A stretch of DNA of 63,738 nucleotides, filler included, from Choristocarpus tenellus KU-1152 (GCA_964200185.2; 10 parts of 10 records of this genome joined end to end with filler, not necessarily neighbours in it), one strand, 5' to 3'; shown: positions 12,853 through 25,580, counted from the whole stretch's first letter. Program-made: numbers and translations. Notes: a model not told the origin generated them from the letters alone.

Positions 12853-12876
12853 AGGGGGGTCAATTACTGCGAGCAG

Positions 12877-15800
12877 GGTGCCAGGTTGTCACAAGATGAG
12901 CATGACCATCAGGTGAGTGTGTCCTTGTTTTGCACAGCTTATTAGATACAAAGCTAGCTCCTTTCTCACCCACAACTTGGTTACTGCTGTTATTCTATCG
13001 TACAGCTTGATAACGCTCACTTCTTGTGGAGAGGTAATGCAGATTTTTCCCTTTTTTTGCAACATTACAATTATCTTTTAATTTTGAGGATCTCCAACTT
13101 TTCGTCTGTTTACTTCTCTTGAACTGTCGCAGATGGATAGACTGCAACAAGCATGTTTTGAAGTCTGAGTGAGTAGTATGAAAATCGTTTAGGTTTTTGT
13201 TTACTCTGTAAGGGGGACAGCAAGAATTTCTTTGTTCTTGTTGCTACTTCTTTGTTTTTTATTTTCATTGGTGCTCATCTGTTTTTTTTATGTCAGTAAG
13301 TCTCTTGAAAAGGGCACCATTCGTCACATTTGTTGTGTGTACTCCCTCAGTTCCCCTGTGTTGGAGATGTATAGAATAACCTGGCATTGACATCAATTGA
13401 CTTATGTTAGAATACGACAAACACTGCTCACCACTTTTGTGTCCTATTCCAACAGTGGTATACAAGTTACCAGAGCTGATCAATTATAGGAAGGCACGTA
13501 GGAGCCATATAGCACAAGCTGATCCGGTACAGCAGACAGTAGTGTTCTTTCCTTATTTACTTCATATTTCCGATGCTTTATGTTGGGTTTCACGGGTTCC
13601 TGAACAGTGCAGTATGACTGCACACAAAAAAAGTTAGTGATGCAGGTCTAAGCACCTACACTGATGGCACTAAAACATCATACCCAACCGTCACGCTGCT
13701 CAACCAACCTTGATATATGTAGTCAGTAGAAATCGAGGAGTTTCTGGATTAAGTCGGACGATCACCCAAAAGATAGTCCTATTTTGAAGTCCCGGCATAT
13801 TTCTTTGTTCCCTGATGATAATGGTTTCTCCCCTCGCTTCACGTAGAAGGAGGTCTGTACTCCTGCACTCACGAATTTTTGGTTCACGTGATACTCAGGG
13901 GTGCTTGACTGATTCTGTCTGCAACTCCCGAGACACGGGTTCGGACTGTCCTTCCCCTCCCAGGGGACTGGTTAGCATGGAGGGCGAAGGGGAGGAGGAG
14001 AGAACCTACCTTGTGCTGGACGGTTCCCACACACATAGGTGCGTTATATGTATATTTTGCTTTGAAGTATTTTAAATGTACTGAGCCAATTGTATAGTCA
14101 TTGGAGTACGTTGTTGTCGTAGGTGGGTGTTGATGGACAGTCGTCATTTGTTCAGTCTTTGCCTTGGGGGTTGTGGCTGCATGGTTCTAATATCCAGGGG
14201 GTTTAGAGAGTTACAGTAGTATGTCTTTTAATAGTATTTATTGAGGATGCATGAGTTGTTACTCAGGGTTGTAGTTGGGATTAGGGTTTTGTGTTGAGAT
14301 TTGGTTTAACTACAACAGTGAATGGGCAGCCAACGTACATCGCATGTTTGAGTGTAGTGGTCCCATTTTATCTCCTGCCCTCACTCATGCCTTTTTTTAA
14401 CCTGGGGTGCAGAGGGAACAAGTTTTGTTTGCCCACAGGACCTCCTTCTGTTTGCGACTGCTTTTTGTGAAGTCTTTATGCTTCATTCATTTCCTGATCT
14501 TTAAGTGATTAGGGCCTGGTGGTTGTGAACACAAGAATGCATCCTGCGTGGACAGATAGTATTAACTGTACTGTAGCTTACTTGAACCACACAAAACGAG
14601 ACCATTGAACAATAGGTATGTGTATTAGTGAGCCCTCAATTCAATTTACTTTATGCCTTTCTCAAGATGAGCAAATTGCTTCTGTCTTCTCACCTGAATC
14701 TGCAAGTGATCAATCTTCTGTTCTACCCCCCTCCCCTCCCCCCTCCCCCCTCCCCCTGATTCTACCAGAACCTCTTGTGCCCTGTGACAATGTCATCCCA
14801 TTCATCCTCAACACCCTCATATTTTTCTCCCTCAACCAAATTGTCTCACTCGTCAACACGACTCAGTTATCTCTTCGTCTGTTCCTAATCTCACCTCATG
14901 TTTAGTTACCGTTTGTAGTTACACATTTGTGCTTTTTGACAAACCCATTTTCAGTGGTGTTGGCCTCATGCCTTTTTTTATTATTTTGCTTCCCTTGCAA
15001 CTGCGTCTGTGGTACTGTGATTGGCCTGCTAATGGTGCTGTTTTCTTTGCATTTTTTGTTGGCAGGAGACTTCTGCACTATCAAAACTCTGGGCTTTGGG
15101 ACCCTCGACTGAGGAGACCAATAAAATGGGATTTGTTTTCCAAGGTGGCTGTGGACAGATTTAAAGGCTCTGGAGTGGAAGGGGATGAAGAGGAGGCGGA
15201 GGATGATGCTGACACAGAAGATGGCAGCCTTTCTAGGGGGGAGAGAGAAAACCAGGAAATGAGGGGGGGAGAAAGGGGCATGGCCATTGAGAGGATGAGG
15301 ATTGGGAGAACTAGGAGGGTAAAGAGGGCAAAGGAGGGAGATGTAGACCCCAGGAGCGAAGATGGAAAAGAACAAGAGGAAGAGCTAGAAGAGGATACAG
15401 CAAGGCTCCATGGGTGCAGGCTGAAAGGTGGCGTTGTAGAACTGCCGTCTACAATTGAAAGGGCAGACAGTGGTAGTGTGTGGTCTGTTGTCAAGACAGG
15501 GCTAAGACAGGCTCAGGGGTCAAGGCAAGGGATAGAGGGGGGTGGAGGCAAAGGGGGCTCTCTTAGGAAGGCAAGGACGACTGCAGGTATGCCAGAACAA
15601 GGTACACAAGTTCTGACCCGAGCGAACTCTAGCAGTGAAAGGTCTCCTAGTGCAAGGAAGCAGTCGTACTTTGCAGGAAGGCGAGAGTTGAAAGAGGGTG
15701 TTGGACATAGCTGGGACTCAGACCATGAAGTGGGGTCCAGAATACGTCCCTGTTCCGGTTCGAAATCCAGTTCATGCCGTCTCAGTCCTGTGACCATCAA

Positions 15801-16488
15801 GGGAAAGCGCAGTCGTGCTTCAAGGGGTCACAGTGATTTCAAGGATGGTTGTCAATCCAGGGGAAGCAGCATGGTCATGAGTGGAAGGGTTGAGGTCACT
15901 GATTGCAGTATACATAGCAGCGGGAGCACAAACAGCAGTGGAAGTGACAGTGAAGTCAGTGGTACTAGCGGTAATTTTGACCAAGATTGTAGCGTAATGA
16001 GTGAGTCACGAGAAAGGAATGAGGAGAACAAGGTTGAGCTATTGCTTCCACGAGGACAGTTGCCCTGTTCATCATTTCTGCTGGCCAGTCCGGACGGTGC
16101 CTCCTCGACTCCATCTAATTGTCACAACCAAAAGGAACAACCTTGGAAAAACTCATCAACCCATCTTGAGTGTGGTGTTGCCACTACTCATGCACAGCTT
16201 CCCCACACATGTACCGACCAGCAGTTTCCTTCCACTGGGGGTGGTAGTAGTTGCAGCTCCCACCGAGATAGCAGTGGCACAGAGAGGCGGAACAGTTGTT
16301 ATGACAAGGGTTTAGAGCGAGAAGGGACCCCACCAAGTCTAACCATGTCAGAGGCAGTTCTGCATGATTCGGCAGAGGCTTCGGCTTCCTTGACAAGGGC
16401 TCCCACTCCTGGCACTGGTGTGACAAAGGTAACCAAGATTGATTCTCATCGTAGGCTACAGCACAAGAAGGCACGATTTGCTTCCTAG
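12877..16488 (+). CDS. 3' part of an unidentified gene: hydrophobic segment followed by a long acidic/Ser-rich disordered tail
   Basis: Terminal exon 14906-16488 follows CTAAT...TTTAG. Candidate upstream exons 12877-12912 and 13847-14038 have AG/GT ends; phase implies a further exon not found. No family recognised. Confidence 0.5.
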
Positions 16489-17276
16489 CAAAGATTAGGG
16501 CAAGGTGATGGGAGGAACTGCAGATAGACGAGGTGCTTGCAAGGAGCGAAGTGGTGGTAATCAATGAATAGTGGTGTAAGGCCGTCGAATATATGTATTT
16601 GTGTTATTGGTGGTGGCTGTGAGTTGGATAAGAAGAGCGTGAAGGACAGATATCACAGGTGTCTTTGTCTTCTAAAGCGTCTGCTGAAATCTCAGCAGAT
16701 TGTCACTTATTTCTCTGAGTATAATGCAGTACTTTTAGATCGTGCATGGATTGTTTGAATAATGCGGTTGGTTAGGTTAGATACCCCTTCTTTTGTTTGT
16801 TGGGAGTACTGAATACACACTTATTTCCCCTTTTTTCGTTTTTCAAGTTTGGTCAAAGTGAGTGCATCAAAAAATGCCCATCCATCTTAGTTGAGGAACG
16901 AGTTTGAATTGCCTGTGACAGATCATTTTATGACTATTCATGCTTGGCCTTCTCATCCTCTTTGCTGAAGGGTGACAAACCAAGCAACTTTAGGTCACAA
17001 GTGCGGTGTTCCTGTTTGCGCCCGGCTCATATTGTATCTTGCTCTACCCTGTGTGTTGTTTTCTTTTTTTTGTCAATTTTCATCCTGGTTGTTGATTGAA
17101 AGGAATTGACACATTCTCAGCAGGTAAATGAGGATGATGTCACCAGCTGTTGCACGAAATTCCCGTACAGTTTTTTTTTGGTAAATCATGTGCTGTTTAA
17201 CAGGTGTAGTGTGAATCCCTTCCATATTCAGGACGCTCGATTTGAGCAACCTTCCCTCTTCCAGTTGGTAGTATTC

Positions 17277-17533
17277 GAGCCAAAGTATCATAGAGGGTAG
17301 AGCCGCGTCCACTTGGGGGCCAAAATCCAATGTTGCGATTTTGATGTAATTTTAGCCATCGTGTTTGTTAGGAAGTGTCAATATCCATGTTCTGGACACA
17401 CCTTTCATAGCATAAACATTTTATCTACTCCGAAACATTTGGAGTCGGTAAATGTCATAAAAAAAACAATGGGAAGCCAAGCTCCAAATTGACAAACAGG
17501 GCAAAACTCGTACCCTCTAAGATAATTTCACTC
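17277..17533 (-). mobile_element. MITE family A copy
   Basis: Reverse-oriented homolog of 11128-11385 with both TIRs. Confidence 0.85.
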
Positions 17534-18689
17534 TCTCAGAACAATGTCATCCGACCATACTCACCACATTCACTTTGCAGTTACCATGCCTAGATGTCTG
17601 ATATACAAAGCTAGAGATCCCTCCAGCGTGGAGTTATGTGTTACCTATGTGCGTATATACACGTGCGATATGTTTATTTATGCTGCCCAAATATCATCTC
17701 ATCCGGCCGTCCCCGCGCTGCTGCAGCAGTTACCATGCGTAAATNNNNNNNNNNNNNNNNNNNNNNNNNNNNNNNNNNNNNNNNNNNNTTAATTAATTAA
17801 NNNNNNNNNNNNNNNNNNNNNNNNNNNNNNNNNNNNNNNNNNNNGCGATATGTCTTGATGGCGGTTTCATAAACACCATTATGACATTGAAGTTCGAGAT
17901 TTGATATATTTGTACTTCTTGATTATTTATTTATTATTTGGTCATTGTGGTCCCCGATTGTGATAGACTTGTTGATCAGTCCCTTTTTATACCATGATAT
18001 TTACGATAATCCAAGTGAGAGACCCGGCATACTTGACGACTTGTGCATCAGGAGTCCTATACCTACATCAGTATCATCTATAAGACCGTGGGTTGGAACT
18101 ATACATCCTGTGGAGGTGAGCTTCTGAGGGGCGACTGTAACAGATACTTTGAGTCATTCCCCGGGTCTACAGACATGCCTGGCTCACAGCATTCGCAGGA
18201 AATCGAGGTTGTCTCCAACCCACAGATTTTCCATTGAATTGATGACTCAGCAAAATCCCAACCCCATACCACACGTCAAAGGAATTATGGTCGTAACTGT
18301 GGCCACTCTGCTGAACACCATAGCGGTCGCAGGGAACATGTTCGTTTTCAATCTTCCACTTGTGATAGATTTCGCCCCATGTTGAGATCTCGGGATAGGC
18401 GAGGACCAAAAAAGAGCACAGAGGCTGCACCCGTTCACCTAGACATCACCGTCGGACCAGGAATTATTCTCCAAACAGGTCTGTATCACCCTGGTTATTT
18501 CGGAGGAATAGCTTGAGTACGGTACATCAGTCTAGAGAGGTCGAAGCACAGTTGCAACAAGGAATTCATGAGTTACGTACACGAGCTGAGTCGAAAGAGT
18601 CACAATTCACTAGGCAGCAGCAAGACAGAACCTCTTGCAACCTTGACATGCGTTATCACCAAGATTGTGTTTAAGCCATGGAACGCATT

Positions 18690-18760
18690 CATAAGAAACT
18701 CGGACACCCTCCCAATGGCCCCGTTCTTCTTGCAATACCTGCAGACACCTCCACCCCAAC
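18690..18760 (-). mobile_element. Possible degenerate gag zinc knuckle
   Basis: Minus strand VCRYCKKNG, then frameshift to GHWEG (CCHC-like). Confidence 0.3.
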
Positions 18761-19544
18761 CATGCCAAAAAAAACAGATTTCTTCGCTGATGCTCTTACC
18801 AAGGGGTTAGGGAGGGTTTAAGGAAGATCGTGGGCCTTACCTAAAGACCATGCCCACTATCATAACACATCACGTCCATGTGGTGATGCCCTAACCCCTT
18901 TCCGCATCGAGCTTCTTGAACAACTACCGTCTGATTCGCTTAGGACCCATAGCGATCTCCTGAGTGATTCCTCTACTGTAGAAGTCCGGAGCATCACCAG
19001 ACAACTTCTCCAGGTTCCTCGGGAAGACATAACGGCTACTAAGTTGGTTCATATCCTGGTGAGAGAATGTACTCTTTCTTACAGTCAATCGAAAAACGCC
19101 GTAAGGAATATAATGAGTTCTCTAAGGACGGAGAGAGGGGAACCGTGGAAAGCTGCAGCCAACCGTCTTGTTCTACTCTATCGAGCGTACACAGTAGATC
19201 CACGGATGCCTCATGTCTGCGAGGCAACTTTCTTTTGGAGGTATATAGCTGAAGATCAACTCATCGATATATGTGAACGAGCTCTCCCCATTCTTCTTCT
19301 CAATGTTATAGATCAGATTGGAGTACAGTCAATGGCATTTTCATTTCGTAAGGAGATTCGAAATCAATTTCGCCCACTGGCAATTTCTCAGAATAATCCT
19401 TTGGGAAATAAAATGGTACAGCAGGGAATTAAAGCAGAACGGATCTTCGACGATCTAATCAAAGAATTGTCCAATCGTAGCGACCAGTACGCATTGTCCC
19501 AACCAATCACAAAATGCTACAAAATCTGCGTCGTACAAGGATAA

Positions 19545-19779
19545 GAGCCAAAGTATCTTAGAGGGTAGAGCCGCATTTGGGGACCAAAAGGCAATGTCGC
19601 GATCTTTATGTAATTTTGCCCATCATGTTTGTTAGGAAGTGTCAATATCCTTGTTCCGGACACAACTTTTCATAACGTATACATTTGGAGTAGGAAAATG
19701 TCATTAAAAAACCCATCGGAAGCCAAGTCCCAAATGGATAAGCAGGACAAAACTCGTACCCTCTAAGATACTTTTGCTC
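19545..19779 (-). mobile_element. MITE family A copy with internal deletions
   Basis: Both TIRs present; one arm of the central hairpin is deleted between ACATTT repeats. Confidence 0.85.
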
Positions 19780-20293
19780 ACACCTCAAACGGGCAGGTAA
19801 AGGTACGTTGCAAGCAGCAAATCCGAAAGCACACAATATTACACCAATGCAGGTAATAGGGTCTTGCATACTACCAATATTGTTTCCTCCAGAAGATAGA
19901 GTCTGCAATGTGACTTTCAGAGTGGTGGAAGGTCTACCTTATGGGATGGTTCTGGGAGCAGCATTCTGTAGGCAACACAAGAGAATACTGTCATTTAGAG
20001 AGGGGGGGGTTTCCGACCAGCCCCACACTCACCATAGATACCTTTCGTCCGAGCTGTGACACCCAGATCTCGTGATAACAGTATTCCCCTGTCAGCCCTA
20101 GAAGAATGGCAATCATCAACGACTGCCACAACCCGACCTTCCAAGTACCACAGATTGTCTCTTAATACCCCCAGACCAGCTGGATGTGGAGAAACCTCCC
20201 CTGACACACTTTCCAGGTCCACAATATGCACTAGTACTCCAATGGGCGAACATACGCAACCAGAGAAGGAACATGCAAGTTATTTTATGTAGA

Positions 20294-20551
20294 GAGTGAA
20301 AGTATCTTAGGGGGTACGAGTTTTGCCCTGTTTGTCTATTTGGGACTTGGCTTCCCACGGGTTCTTAAATGACATTATACCTACTCCAAAACATTTTGGA
20401 GTAGGTGAAACGTATATGTTATGAAAAGGTGTGTCCGGAACAAGGATATTGACACTTCCAACAACAGGATAGCCAAAATTACATCAAAATTGCAACATTG
20501 GATTTTAACCCCCAAATGGACGCGGCTATACCCTCTGAGTTACTTTGGCTA
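20294..20551 (+). mobile_element. MITE family A copy
   Basis: GAGTGAAAGTATCTTAGGGGGTA...TACCCTCTGAGTTACTTTGGC; TAGA on both flanks if two terminal bases were lost. Confidence 0.85.
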
Positions 20552-21766
20552 GACCCAGAAGTAGGTACCTCAGGTGCGGATTCAGAAGCGGGTACCGCAG
20601 CAATAGATCTTACCCAAGACAAGGATCCTCTAACCCCATCACTGGAGAATCCAGGTCTAGTGCCCCTCCCAGTAGAGGTAATGTGGGAGGACGATGGAAC
20701 TCTACAGTGGGAACTACGTCTGTCAGAAGTAGCAATTGTGGAAGGGTTCGGCAGCAAAATTTGCAATGGATTTGTTAAGGGGACACAACCACAGTCCAAA
20801 CAGCTAGTGGTGATTGAGCCTTTATCTGAGTATAACTTGGAACTTGGAAATGCTGTCGGAGTTGCCAGAGGTGTACAATGGTGGAACCCAGGAACCCCCA
20901 TATATTGCAAACTGGTAAACACATGCAGCAAACCCAGTAGTGCCCAAGCAGGGCTACCAGTTGCCAAGGCAATCACTCTAAATATTCAAGATACAGAAAG
21001 GATGATTGCACTCTTCCAAACACTAACCAACCCCCCCAAAGAATCCCCAAGAAAGAGTACAGGTCCAGCCTGCTGCAGCTAGGTCCCAATCCAGTCGTCC
21101 ACCTGAACCAGATGACACCAGAGACTGTTCGGTAGAAGAGAAAAGTGACACCCCTTCAGAAGAAGCCATGGGGATCCAGCATCAAGTGGTGAGCCTTAGT
21201 GATGCCAATATGGGACAGCTGACACGCCAGGTCAGAAGGAGCGGTTGGTAAGATTGCTAGAGGAGTTTAGGAATCTAGGGGTATTCCCCGAAGATCCTAA
21301 GCGAGTTCCCCCATGCTCTAGAGGAGTACTACACGTACCACTCATAAATGAGAACTGCACTCCTTATGCAACAAACAAAAGCGCTTCTCCCTGGAAGAAA
21401 CGAAGATGATTCAAGCGGAGGTTAAGCAGTTGCACGAACGTGGTATCATTAGACCCTCTACCTCAGCATGGGCAGCAGCAGTGGTAGCATTACGTAAGAA
21501 AGATGGGACCCTGAGGTTGTGCACAGACTATAGGATGCTCAATGATCTCTCATATAGTGATATTGGAGGTCTCGGGAACATTGGACTCAAAGTATCTGGG
21601 AGGGGGGGGGGGGTCTTCACCAGGGTGTCCATTTGGTCCAAAATCCGGAAAAGTGCATTTACAGTANNNNNNNNNNNNNNNNNNNNNNNNNNNNNNNNNN
21701 NNNNNNNNNNTTAATTAATTAANNNNNNNNNNNNNNNNNNNNNNNNNNNNNNNNNNNNNNNNNNNN

Positions 21767-24700
21767 CCCCAGCAACGACAGTAATGGCCTGACTGCTGCT
21801 CACTCCAGCAGCAGTCACCACAGCCGAGCTTGTAACACCAACGGAGGTCACGCTGCCAAGTGTGGCTGTGACAGATCCAGTATCTAGTACAAGGTTGCCA
21901 CTGGTGATCCCAATGCCCCCAGTATCAACTGTGATGGCTTGACTACTGCTCACTCCAGCAGCAGTCACCACAGCCGAGCTTGATACCCCCACAGATGTAA
22001 GGCTGCCAATCGTGGCTATAACAGACCCAGTGTCCAACACAAGGTCACCGCTGGTGATTTCAATACCCCCAGCATCAACGGTAATGGCTAGACTACTGCT
22101 CACTCCAGCGGCTGTTACCACAGCTGAGCTCGAGACTCCAACAGAGGTCAAGTTGCCTAGGGTAGCTACAATGGATCCGGCGTCCAGTACAAGATTTCCG
22201 CTAGTGATTTCAACCCCTCCGGCATCAACAGTTATGACCTGACTGCTGCTCACCCCAGCAGCTGTCACCACGGCCGAGCTTGACACTCCCACTGAAGTCA
22301 GGGTTCCTAACGTGGCAATGATGGATCCGGTGTCAAGAATTAGATCGCCTACTGCAATTGTTTGCCCTCCCGCATCTATGGTCACCCCACCTGCCGCAAC
22401 ACTAACTCCATCTTGAGATACAAGAAGGCCACCCGCATTTACAGTTGCCCCTCCTGCATTGATGTACAATCCACCTGCAGTAATAGTCTCACCCATGGAT
22501 GTGACAGTTAAACCTCCAGTAATTTCTGCTCCACCAGAGCTTATTGTAACTGTTGCTGAGCTACTGATACCTTGAATAGTTAAAAGTCCAGTTGCTGCAG
22601 TGATATCTCCACTACACACTATGTCATCTTCCACAGTCACCACTGCTGAGCTACTTATCCCCTTGATGGTCAGCAGGCCATCGGTGGCAGTGATAGATCT
22701 TTGGTTACATGGAAACGATAGCATGTGGAAGAGTATTGGGTTTAGAGGAGTAATGTTTGGTGCAGCAGGTCTTCAGTGGAAGAAAAATGTAGCTTTTACC
22801 CTATACCCTTGATTGTGGGGATCCAGTCTTTCATGGAGGTAGGTTTATCTTCTTTAGTGAGAGACTAGTTTCGACATTTAGTGTCAGAGAAGAACCGCGC
22901 AACAGATATCACACTTGTGGGCTAGCAAGTAGTAAGGTCTTATGATACCCACAGGGGGCCAATTGAATGTATCTGGAAGAAAATGTGAAATAAATAGGAG
23001 GACATGGATAGGCACCTCACCCATCGCCGAGAATAAGGTCTCCAATAGTGATGGTCTCTCCCCCATCCTCAATCAGCAGGCCACCAGCCCGTATGGTCGC
23101 TCCACTGTCAGTAAAAATTTCCCCTCCGACTTCAACATCACCTACGTCAACTACAAGTCCACCCTATTGCAGTGTAAGAACAGAAAAATGAGTCTCAGTC
23201 GAATTTGCTCAGCGGAATGGCTACAGGGGAACCATTAATGGCAATATTTGAGTAGATTACACATTTAAACAACCAGCTAAAAATGTCCGAGCAGTATTTT
23301 TTCTTCCTTTTTTGATGAAAGTCCCATGACTCTATCTCCCGTGTGCAGCTAGGCAGTGAGGGCAAGCTTGAGATAGGATCTGAGGTACTTATATTTCAAA
23401 AATATAAAGAACCGAGGGTATAGAATCAGTTGACAGGATGGAGGAATCCTTTTGTAGTGACTGAGGTTGGAAATAATTGGACAACCAAGGAAAATATCGT
23501 GTAGGCTGTGGGCTCTTGTAAGGATCCAACCACTAGACTAAGTAGCACATGCTGATAGTTTTTGATGCCGTTGCACAAGGCACATACATTTGAAAAAACC
23601 TGTAGGTCCTCTTACAATTTCTACAACAGTAATTCTCTAGTTGGAAAGTGTCGTGCTGCCCAAAATATAAGGATGTTGAGTGCATGAAAAGCCTGTGTTT
23701 TAGTGCTAGAATCAATAAAGCAACAAACACCTTACAGTGGTTTTCGGGGGGATACTACAGTCCCTGCAACAACTGTCCTACACAAGTAAAAAAGAGCTGA
23801 ATGTAATGTCATTATTATTTCCATGATACGTGTATTCACAACGTAGTCGTTAGTTTAAGATTTATAACATACGTAAAACATGCTTGGATGGATCATCTGT
23901 AAGTGTATACCACTTCCTTTTGCAGCAACATTATTGCTCGATGATAGTGCCCCTGGGAGCGTTGTGCAGTGAGTCAAAGAAAACGAGAGCTACCCAGGTA
24001 TAGGCCGTTTTTGCATTTTCAGCCAGTTTCTTAACCTTTCACAATTCACCCACGTTTCTATGGATAAAATGCTAAGTTTGACTGGAGAACGTTGATTTCT
24101 CTATTGTTTTGAAAAATTTCAACACAATTCAGAAAATGTCCTCTATGCATTTGTAGAAATAGACAATTTTTTTCCATAGTTGTCAGCATCATCATAATGC
24201 AACTCTGAATATCTCTCGTTTACTTTGACACAGTACTTGTTTTATTAGTATCCACATGGTATTGGTTCGTCAGATTTTTGCACTACACAGTATTTTACAT
24301 TTTCTTTCAACACAGGTGGAGAAATATTATCAACACCACTTCAAAAAAAATCAAAAATAAGAGGGGCATGTTCCCTATACCCCTCTTATACCCCTTGATT
24401 TAAAGCAAAAGGACTAAATACCCAATGCTTTGACTTGTCTGAGCTGTCACCTAGAAAAGGCAGCACACCATACACTCCTGACATTGACAATTGCCTACGC
24501 CTTTGCCTAATTATGCTCTCGTTTTTTACTCAACTCGTTTCTGCACCATGTGCCCCTTGAACTATTGTGCCTCCCCTGCTCAACAGAGATGGTTTCTATC
24601 ATCCTGTTGAGTCGATTTATCCCCCTCAAAAATCCCAAATTACTGTCAACCTGTTGTTCCTTACCATTACACAAGTGTAGCCTACACACATGTACAGTAC

Positions 24701-25580
24701 ATATATTTCCATCGTTAGCTCGATCCTCATCCGTTTTTTGTCAATGTTCATTTTTCCTCGTCTCCCATCTAGAAGGTCTTTGTCACAATCGTTCCATCCC
24801 TCCTAATAATGTATGCACCTTGAAAAATAGATGCACCTTTTCAAGAACTGATCCTAAGGGGGTAGGGATGTTCTTGTTGTTTGGCCAGGGACAACAATGA
24901 ACACAAGCTTGCCTCACACCCCAGCAAAAAACAATAGTAGTTACTGCCATAAATTGTCTTGTCGATCTTGCTTGCTTAGGAGCATTGTCCTTAACATTTC
25001 CGCAATCATTTTCAAGTGTCATGGATATTGGAATCAAAATGACAATCAAAATTGGAATAGGTAACTTGATGATAACTGTGTTGGGCGGAAGCAGGGTATC
25101 CAAGAACCCCAAGGGATAAGGGGTAGTTGCCATGTGGTGTCAGGTTAGTAGAAGCCGCTGATCCCCTTTCAGAGGCTGGTTGTTCATCTTTGAACCCATG
25201 CCCACTTCATTGCATCGTGTACATAACGCCCATTGCTTCAAATCTACTCGAAAGAGGCCAGCAGTGCATACTTTGAAGTATGACATCTTTCTGCCCCAAA
25301 CCAACCTGCATTGGAAAGGATTATACTTGAAAATACGGCAGTAAGTTCAATCTGTCTGACTTATGGAGTTGCAATAAATAAAAAGAGGAATACATCCCCC
25401 AGGTAGATAAGAAAATGGTAGCAGAAAAGAATCAGTTCAACTTTGTGTGACTAGATGTCACACTCCGTGCATGCTTGCCTGGTATAGTCGCAAGTCTCCT
25501 GTGCCTGAAACAACGACGCTGTTTTCATCATTGGTAACCACCTTTAGGATGTTGAAGTTGTCATTTGCAGACCTGCTGGT
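21767..25580 (-). CDS. Internal fragment of a large Gly/Val/Thr/Ser-rich beta-repeat (fibre/adhesin-like) protein
   Basis: Exons 25580-25479 (GC donor), 23163-23021 and 22698-21767 join in frame: ...SGTGDLRLYQ|GGLVVDVG...ILGDG|SITATDG. 150-nt/50-aa tandem repeats with many synonymous differences. Confidence 0.8.
23270..25330 (-). mobile_element. Possible heavily decayed hAT transposase in an intron
   Basis: BED-finger-like QWALCTRC...STNL.HHM; LILYPRFF (cf. LDPRF); ARTFLA. Many stops and frameshifts. Confidence 0.35.

Larger units (their letters stand above)
19044..21600 (+). mobile_element. Degenerate Ty3/Gypsy LTR retrotransposon (putative gag, protease C-half, linker, RT start) interrupted by two MITEs
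   Basis: Protease end FRVVEGLPYGMVLGAAFC. RT start EVKQLHERGIIRPSTSAWAAAVVALRKKDGTLRLCTDYRMLN. Stops and frameshifts present. The gag call for ORF 19044-19544 is positional only. Confidence 0.8.

Noticed and set aside
17073-17330. Recurring small ORFs with 'DFGPQMDAALPS' or 'GSQVPNRQTGQN' (also 20498, 35541, 38724)
   Set aside because: Chance translations of the non-coding MITE; frames are not preserved between copies.
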